From Candidatus Micrarchaeota archaeon (GTDB lineage: Archaea > Micrarchaeota > Micrarchaeia > Anstonellales > Bilamarchaeaceae), in the NCBI GenBank assembly GCA_043821365.1, contig JBDRCX010000006.1, positions 576,001 through 640,000 of the forward strand: a stretch of DNA of 64,000 bases. Reading direction: 5' to 3'. The position numbers and the translations under genes are program-made. The notes under the pieces are model-generated. The model did no database searches, was not told the origin of the DNA, and saw nothing but the letters and a program-made list of their open reading frames with translations. How positions within the stretch are numbered: position 1 is the first letter of the stretch; each line of letters begins with the position of its first letter. Below, in pieces: positions 58,070 through 64,000 of the stretch.

Positions 58070-58219
58070 CTACTCTTCTTCAGCAAATTTCTTTATTGCT
58101 TCAAAATTTTCCACAATAAGTTTTGCTTTTTTCTTCCCAAAACTAAATGGGTATGTATCGTCTTCGCTTCTCTTAAGAACTATCAATTTATTTCCTTTAT
58201 ATTCACTATATTCTATCAT
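58070..58219 (-). CDS. Small 49-aa protein missed by the ORF track
   Basis: MIEYSEYKGNKLIVLKRSEDDTYPFSFGKKKAKLIVENFEAIKKFAEEE; strong GAGGTG RBS; fills the gap between genes. Confidence 0.75.
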   Translation of the reverse strand: MIEYSEYKGNKLIVLKRSEDDTYPFSFGKKKAKLIVENFEAIKKFAEEE

Positions 58220-58290
58220 ATTTACACCTCTTTGAAAAAATATTTATACTTAATGCATATTTAAATCTGTTTTGAAACATAAAGTACAAC

Positions 58291-59748
58291 ATGGGAGGAC
58301 GTAAACTATCTGGTGGTAAAGCTGACAAGACAATTGTTCCGCTAGGTACAGTAGATACTAAAGCCAGTTTACTGTCTCCTGCATCAAGATTTGCAGCCTC
58401 GCCAGAAGTTGACATGATGCCTCCGCGATCTTCTGTTGTGGTTGTGGATCCTCTTATTGGAAAATCAATTAATCAGTATGACATTGTTGATTATGTTGGT
58501 TGTGGCGGTATGGGTATGGTTTACAAGGCCAAAGACCCATCTGATCCAGATAAATTTCTTGCACTAAAACTCATGCACCCTCATTTGTCTGCTCTTGAAT
58601 CTGCTCGGAGAATGTTTTTCAGAGAAATAAAAACTTCAGCAAGAATTGATCATCCAAATGTTGTAACAGTCCATGATTTTGATGAATTCAATCACCAGCT
58701 TTACCTTGTTATGGATTTTATAAAAGGGGCTGATTTAAATAACCACATTCATCAAAACGGTCCAGTTAGTTTAGCCCAAGCATTAAGCATTGCAGTTCAA
58801 ATTTGTGATGGAATGGCAGCTGCACATGGGAATAATGTTGTGCATAGAGATCTTAAACTTGAAAATATTATCCTTGCAGATGATCCATCCAGTCCAAGGG
58901 TTAAAATTGTTGATATGGGCTTAGCTAAGATCTTCGATGCTAATTCAGTGCAAGGTGATGGTGTAACAAGTCCGGGGGTTGTGAAAGGAACTCCAGAATA
59001 TATGTCGCCTGAGGCATTTACTGGAGGTAGATTAGATCACAGAACTGATATCTATTCCATAGGAGTAATCCTGTACTATCTTGTTTGCAATCAATTTCCA
59101 TTTGTATCAAAATCCGATCGAAATGATCCTGAAGGTGCATTGCAAATTGGAATGAAAGTTCTTGAAGGTAAATTTAAGCATCCAATTGAAGTTGATCCTT
59201 CAATTGCAAAAACACTCAATAACATCATACTCAAAGCATTAGCAAGAAAAGCAGATGACAGATACCAGACAGCCAGGGAATTTCGTGATGCTATTGTTAA
59301 TTACGCAACAGCAGCTAAAATTCCTCTTGATTTGCCAGATTTTCCAATTCCTGAAATGCCAGCTCCATTGGTAGTTGTAAAACATAGAGCACCTAGGTCA
59401 TTGTGGTTGGCAATAGGTGTCTTATCATTTGCACTTACTGGGTTACTTACTTGGGGACATTTTGAAAAACCAAGACCACAACCACCAATACCAGCAGAAA
59501 GAGTTCAGGAAAAACCATACAATGTTTTCATAAATACAAATCCAGGTGGTGCTCTTGTTGAAATGCATGAAACTGCAACTGATGGTACTGTTTGGCTTAG
59601 GAATGTCGGAGAGACTCCAATCAGAAATGAATTTGTTGGTAAACAGACTCTTGTAATATCCATTCCTGGGTATCACCCTAAATATATTGATATTGATCCA
59701 AGCAATAATCAGTTTCCAGATCTAGTTATGCAACCAATTCAAAAATAA
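58291..59748 (+). CDS. Hanks-type Ser/Thr protein kinase, bacterial PknB-like architecture (kinase-TM-PEGA-like)
   Basis: GCGGMGMVYKA, VALK-like LALK, HRDLKLEN, DMGLAK, GTPEYMSPE, DIYSIG; TM near aa 372-390; INTNPGGALVE PEGA-like segment. Confidence 0.93.
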   Translation: MGGRKLSGGKADKTIVPLGTVDTKASLLSPASRFAASPEVDMMPPRSSVVVVDPLIGKSINQYDIVDYVGCGGMGMVYKAKDPSDPDKFLALKLMHPHLSALESARRMFFREIKTSARIDHPNVVTVHDFDEFNHQLYLVMDFIKGADLNNHIHQNGPVSLAQALSIAVQICDGMAAAHGNNVVHRDLKLENIILADDPSSPRVKIVDMGLAKIFDANSVQGDGVTSPGVVKGTPEYMSPEAFTGGRLDHRTDIYSIGVILYYLVCNQFPFVSKSDRNDPEGALQIGMKVLEGKFKHPIEVDPSIAKTLNNIILKALARKADDRYQTAREFRDAIVNYATAAKIPLDLPDFPIPEMPAPLVVVKHRAPRSLWLAIGVLSFALTGLLTWGHFEKPRPQPPIPAERVQEKPYNVFINTNPGGALVEMHETATDGTVWLRNVGETPIRNEFVGKQTLVISIPGYHPKYIDIDPSNNQFPDLVMQPIQK

Positions 59749-59782
59749 CCAAAGGTTTATTTTATTTATTATTGATTAGTCA

Positions 59783-60805
59783 TTGGCGATCCCCATGTCA
59801 GATGATCCAAAAAGAACAACAGGTACTGGTGACCTGGTAGGAGGTCCAACAGAGGTTCAAAAACCACCAGAATTTCAACAATTGATGAAACCTGATACTA
59901 TTGCTCCAAGGCAAGAACCATTACGTACTTTTAAAGTTACTGTACCTAGAAATGAAGATCGTAATCATGATACTACCTTTGTTATTCAAGGAAGGTCAAC
60001 ACCTGGTGATTTGCAAACATTATTACAAAGTCATGAACTAGCTACTAGACCAGAAGGAGAATTCAAATGCCAGATAGTTGAAAGAAGTACTGGGAGAAGG
60101 TATGATGTTAACCTTGATACTGTTATTGCATATGTTGGCGGACACCAAGTGTCAGTTGAAAGAACAATAACTGAAGCAGATAGATTTGCAAGTGCAAGAA
60201 GTTGGACTGCAAGGAAATCCGTTGATGTTGCAGGAATACAAAAAATGCTTGGAGATTTAGGATATCTTACTCAAGCTCAACAATCAGGTACATTTGATAT
60301 CACTACTTATCGTGCAGTTCGAAAATTCCAAACTGATCATAATCTTGGAGTTGATGGAATGTTTGGGCCACAAACACTTGCTGCTGCAACAAATATGGTT
60401 GGTTCAATATCAGCTCCACCAGCTGAAACAACAGTTCAGATGACTCCAGATCCACAGGTTTGTGATACGTCTGATTTTTTTGAATTCAGAGAATCAAAAG
60501 TTAGTCCAGGTACAAGAAGGGGTACAGTGACCACAACTTCTGGGGATGCAGTCGCACCATCAGTTTCAACAGCTAAAGTTTCTCCACCTGCACGTGAAAC
60601 AACAGTTGCATCTGGCAGTTATCATGGTAAAGTGACTGCACACTACGGGGATCTAACTTCTACAGGCAGACAACATGGTTCTGGTGTTGTTGGATCTGGA
60701 GATGTAAATTCCTCTGGCGATCATCATACAACAGTTATTCAAAGCGGAACTTACCGTGGTAAAATAGCGCAGAGAAAAAGAGAGGATGAAGAAGAAGGAA
60801 CTTAA
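59783..60805 (+). CDS. Protein with a peptidoglycan-binding (PG_binding_1-like) domain
   Basis: VAGIQKMLGDLGY...GTFDITTYRAVRKFQTDHNLGVDGMFGPQTLAA; start may be the ATG 12 nt downstream. Confidence 0.8.
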   Translation: MAIPMSDDPKRTTGTGDLVGGPTEVQKPPEFQQLMKPDTIAPRQEPLRTFKVTVPRNEDRNHDTTFVIQGRSTPGDLQTLLQSHELATRPEGEFKCQIVERSTGRRYDVNLDTVIAYVGGHQVSVERTITEADRFASARSWTARKSVDVAGIQKMLGDLGYLTQAQQSGTFDITTYRAVRKFQTDHNLGVDGMFGPQTLAAATNMVGSISAPPAETTVQMTPDPQVCDTSDFFEFRESKVSPGTRRGTVTTTSGDAVAPSVSTAKVSPPARETTVASGSYHGKVTAHYGDLTSTGRQHGSGVVGSGDVNSSGDHHTTVIQSGTYRGKIAQRKREDEEEGT

Positions 60806-61798
60806 TTGTCCTTACCTTACCACATTCGTATATATGCTTTTCTATACACACTTTCCTATGTGTCAGGTACTGTTCCATCATCAAGAGTAACAACAAGAAA
60901 TCGTGTTTTGGCAGCCACTGGTTTTGTTGCCATTACTGCTACAACCGCAGCAATTGTTGCTTTTGCACCTCATTGTTCAAAACATGAACAACCTCAGGTT
61001 TTATCAGTTGAAAAACCAAGAATCTGGTGTAAGTATGATCCTAGCTCAGAAGATCTAATGGTGTATCGCGAAACTCAAGGACAGAAAAAGGGAGCTGAAT
61101 TAGGAGAATCATCATTAGTTTCTTTACAAGGTCATCCTCTTGCAGTTGCTTGCCAAGATGAAAATATCTGGATTGTAACTAAAAAATCAGTTGTAAAAGG
61201 TAGTATCTTATCTGATCCAAATTGTTGTTCTGTTTCTCCAAACCAAGAAATTTCTCATGTTCGAGCTCCAGAATATAGTATGGAAGGTACTGAAGTTATT
61301 GCAGCAAGCACTTGGTTTCCCGTTGGAAATGCCAGACCTGCAGTTGCAACAGTAACAAATAATGGGTGGTTCCAAGTTTTTACTCCCCCAAATTCTGGTC
61401 CAGTTATAGAAGAGAATTTTATAATTAATCTTAGAACCAACAATGTATTGGACGAAATTACTCGTTGGCCTGACAATGTAACCAGTGCTGCAGTTGGTGT
61501 TCTTGGACATGATGCATTTTCGGTTATACCATTTGGTCCTGGTTCAAAACTTCTGTATTATCTTGGATGGCCTGGTGGGGGGTACAAACCTTTACTAGAT
61601 TTAGATATTTGGACAATAGATATACGTAGTAGTGTTCCAAATGCTGCTTACATATCTGGTTCATCACCAATCATTTACAATGCAGATCGTGGTGGTTGGG
61701 TTGCCATATTGAATGTGGTAACTACTGATGGCAAACAAGTTGAAATCCCGCAAGTTGTCATTCCAAGAGAAGTTCTTTTGCAAAAAACTACTCCATAG
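60806..61798 (+). CDS. Hypothetical secreted/membrane-anchored beta-rich protein
   Basis: RNRVLAATGFVAITATTAAIVAF signal anchor; start probably the GTG near 60860. Confidence 0.65.
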   Translation: MSLPYHIRIYAFLYTLSYVSGTVPSSRVTTRNRVLAATGFVAITATTAAIVAFAPHCSKHEQPQVLSVEKPRIWCKYDPSSEDLMVYRETQGQKKGAELGESSLVSLQGHPLAVACQDENIWIVTKKSVVKGSILSDPNCCSVSPNQEISHVRAPEYSMEGTEVIAASTWFPVGNARPAVATVTNNGWFQVFTPPNSGPVIEENFIINLRTNNVLDEITRWPDNVTSAAVGVLGHDAFSVIPFGPGSKLLYYLGWPGGGYKPLLDLDIWTIDIRSSVPNAAYISGSSPIIYNADRGGWVAILNVVTTDGKQVEIPQVVIPREVLLQKTTP

Positions 61799-62744
61799 TT
61801 AAATATGCTTCTTGATGAGTGACTACTGTTGCATTATTTTCGTATAGATATTTCATGAAGCTTTCTAATTGTTCTAAATCAGTACCATCAAATGTGTTGC
61901 TATGGAGTTGCAGTATGAATAATTCTGAATTCTCATATTTTTCTATCCATTCAGTGTAATCTGTGTGGGTAAAAATTCGTGAATACCAATCCCAGCTTTC
62001 AACAACATCATATCCTCGTGGTGTGATTAGGACATCCTCATCCCAATAGGGATTTGGAGCATTAGTATTTCCAATAACCTTGAATCCATTTTTTTTAACG
62101 TTTTCATATTGTGACGCATCCCAAAAATTCCCAGGTGGTAAATAGGTGAAAGTTTTCTGATTGAAAGTAGTATCAAGTTCATTTTTACCTTGGAATATAT
62201 TCAGATAGTTCTCTTCAAAACTAGGGCAATATTCTTGGTTCCTACAATGTGCATAACCATGCATAGCTATTTCGTGTCCTTCTCCCTTTTTTGATATTAG
62301 GTAATCCACTAGTTCTTTATCATCCCTCAAAGCAAGAATCTTCTGTTCATCTTCTATGAATATATATGGTGAAACACCAAGAGTTGCACTATAATTGTAC
62401 TTTTCTATAATGCTAAGTATATATTCAAATCTGTCTATGCTATAACCATAATTCTTGAAGCTGTTATTATGAAGGTTCCAAAAATCATGTATCTCAATAA
62501 TTACTATCTTTTTTGTAATTGCCGCCTTAGTTTCTGAATCTATTTGAAATAAAGTTCCTATTAACAAAAGTTGTATGATTACAAAAGCAATTATCAGAAT
62601 TTTAATATCTTTTTTTGTATTTGTTATTTTGATTTTATATTGTTTTTTCAATATTAATAATAGAAAAATAAAACCCACCAGAAGCATCAGAATTTTTATC
62701 TTTTGAGATACTCCAGGCATCATCTCATACAAAAATTCAAGCAT
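61788..62744 (-). CDS. Polysaccharide deacetylase-like (DUF2334/NodB fold) membrane-anchored protein
   Basis: IEIHD, GHEIAMHGYAH, YLPPGN, LQLH; two N-terminal TM segments. Confidence 0.75.
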   Translation of the reverse strand: MLEFLYEMMPGVSQKIKILMLLVGFIFLLLILKKQYKIKITNTKKDIKILIIAFVIIQLLLIGTLFQIDSETKAAITKKIVIIEIHDFWNLHNNSFKNYGYSIDRFEYILSIIEKYNYSATLGVSPYIFIEDEQKILALRDDKELVDYLISKKGEGHEIAMHGYAHCRNQEYCPSFEENYLNIFQGKNELDTTFNQKTFTYLPPGNFWDASQYENVKKNGFKVIGNTNAPNPYWDEDVLITPRGYDVVESWDWYSRIFTHTDYTEWIEKYENSELFILQLHSNTFDGTDLEQLESFMKYLYENNATVVTHQEAYLTME

Positions 62745-62859
62745 ATTATGTGAATTAATTATTCTATTTAATAAAGTTTTATATATCCGTTTTAATCAAG
62801 ACTGTTAAGCTGATACCGAACAAATACAATTTTAATCCCATCTTTACATTTACTACACC

Positions 62860-63390
62860 GTGTTACAACAAGGGTTAGTTTTATCTAAGCGTCAGCCAAC
62901 AGAAACCATCTCTAGAAAAAGGGCTGCTTTTAACTATTTCAAAGACAAAAGAGAATGGGTAAAGCTAAATAGTTCATTCTTGATTGGTGCTGGAGTTTCT
63001 TCTGGAATGATGCATGCTGCTTCGCAAATAGCAGAAAACCACGGAGTTAGTAGGGCTGTCGCAACAACTTTTGTAGCTGGTGTTACTGGTTATGTTTTTG
63101 GTACAATTGCCACCTGTTTAAGCTGGCTTGCACTTAATAAAGTTGAATATTCTGGAAAACTAACAAAAGTAGTGGAGGACACAATTAATCTATTGAAAAG
63201 CACAGTAATTGCTCAAACACTTACATGGAGTGTAAGCTGGCTTGCAACTGGGTTTGTTTTGTATAATGATGCAACTAATTTTTGGGCAACACTAACACAA
63301 CAATTTTTTGGAATCGTTTATTTACCAATTTTTAATTATTTGAATAAGGATATGGTAAATGGAATGCAAAATGAGAGAATGGAAAAATAA
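62860..63390 (+). CDS. Hypothetical membrane protein
   Basis: 176 aa with about 4 hydrophobic segments. Confidence 0.55.
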   Translation: MLQQGLVLSKRQPTETISRKRAAFNYFKDKREWVKLNSSFLIGAGVSSGMMHAASQIAENHGVSRAVATTFVAGVTGYVFGTIATCLSWLALNKVEYSGKLTKVVEDTINLLKSTVIAQTLTWSVSWLATGFVLYNDATNFWATLTQQFFGIVYLPIFNYLNKDMVNGMQNERMEK

Positions 63391-63432
63391 TTAGAGGTGG
63401 GTAAAGAATACTTTACCACAACCAAAAATTAT

Positions 63433-63633
63433 TTACTCGCTTTTAGCAGAGTCTTCTGTTTTTTCTACAGTTTCTTCTTTTTGTTCAGTTGTTTCTGTAG
63501 ACTCTTCTTTCTTTGGTTCTGTAGTCTCAGTCTTTTCTTCTGTAGTCTCTTTGTTTTCAGTAGACTCTTCTTTATTTTCTACAACTTCTTCTTTCTTTGG
63601 TTCTGTAGTTTCTGTTTTATTTTCTTCTGTCAT
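63433..63633 (-). CDS. Small acidic low-complexity repeat protein
   Basis: ATG after GAGGTGA; KTETTEPKKEE repeated twice (ORF track start 63642). Confidence 0.55.
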   Translation of the reverse strand: MTEENKTETTEPKKEEVVENKEESTENKETTEEKTETTEPKKEESTETTEQKEETVEKTEDSAKSE

Positions 63634-64000
63634 AGTTTTCACCTCTTATTTTTAACATAAGTTAGTGTTGGAACTGAGTTCTCGTGATTTGCACATAATC
63701 TAATTAGAAAGATACTGCACTAATTTTATGAGAACAATTCAATTACTTTTTAGTACCTAGGTTTATTATGTGTTTGTTTTTTGATTGAAGAATATGTTCT
63801 ATGATCTTCTATCCCAAGTTTAACATAATCCTTCCCCCATTTTCAATCACTACAATTAATTTTTTCCTTAAAACGTTTTCTGTCCCTTTTTATCTGGGAT
63901 TTTAGTGCAAATCTTCCATATGGGGTTTCTTTGAATTTTGCACCTGCAACACTCCCCCTGTGAAAAACAATCACACCCCCATATAGTGATACAATTTTTG

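Noticed and set aside
63397-63660. 87-aa F/L/C-rich plus-strand ORF
   Set aside because: Antisense shadow of the acidic repeat peptide, which has the RBS.
63840-64000. Possible 3' end of a minus-strand gene at the window edge (KIVSLYGGVIVFHRGSVAG...)
   Set aside because: Too short and truncated to assign a frame or product with support.

Overview
AT-rich archaeal chromosomal segment, most likely DPANN and Micrarchaeota-like. This is inferred from split rpoB''/rpoB' and rpoA'/rpoA'', archaeal-type AspRS/LeuRS/MCM/DnaG, GGTGA/GAGG ribosome-binding sites and many class III signal-peptide genes. Core genes: the RNA polymerase operon (rpoH-rpoB''-rpoB'-rpoA'-rpoA''-rpl30e-nusA), aspS, RNA-free RNase P (HARP) facing an RNA ligase, carS, sppA, dnaG, leuS (frameshifted, with a structured insertion), trm5, a presenilin-like protease, an intein-containing mcm, apgM, cgi121, rps8e and a GGR-family reductase. 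Accessory loci: a 1491-aa surface protein; an operon of six paralogous polytopic membrane proteins with pilin-like N-terminal hairpins (candidate VirB2/VirB6/CedA-like transfer apparatus, the top lead); five tandem pilin-like genes; a type IV pilus locus with winged-helix/coiled-coil accessory proteins; and a bacterial-like island (Hanks-type Ser/Thr kinase plus a peptidoglycan-binding protein). Small structured palindromic elements (GAAC-N8-GTTC) recur at gene junctions and inside leuS. No rRNA, tRNA, CRISPR array or transposase was recognised. All family assignments come from motifs read by eye; no database searches were run.
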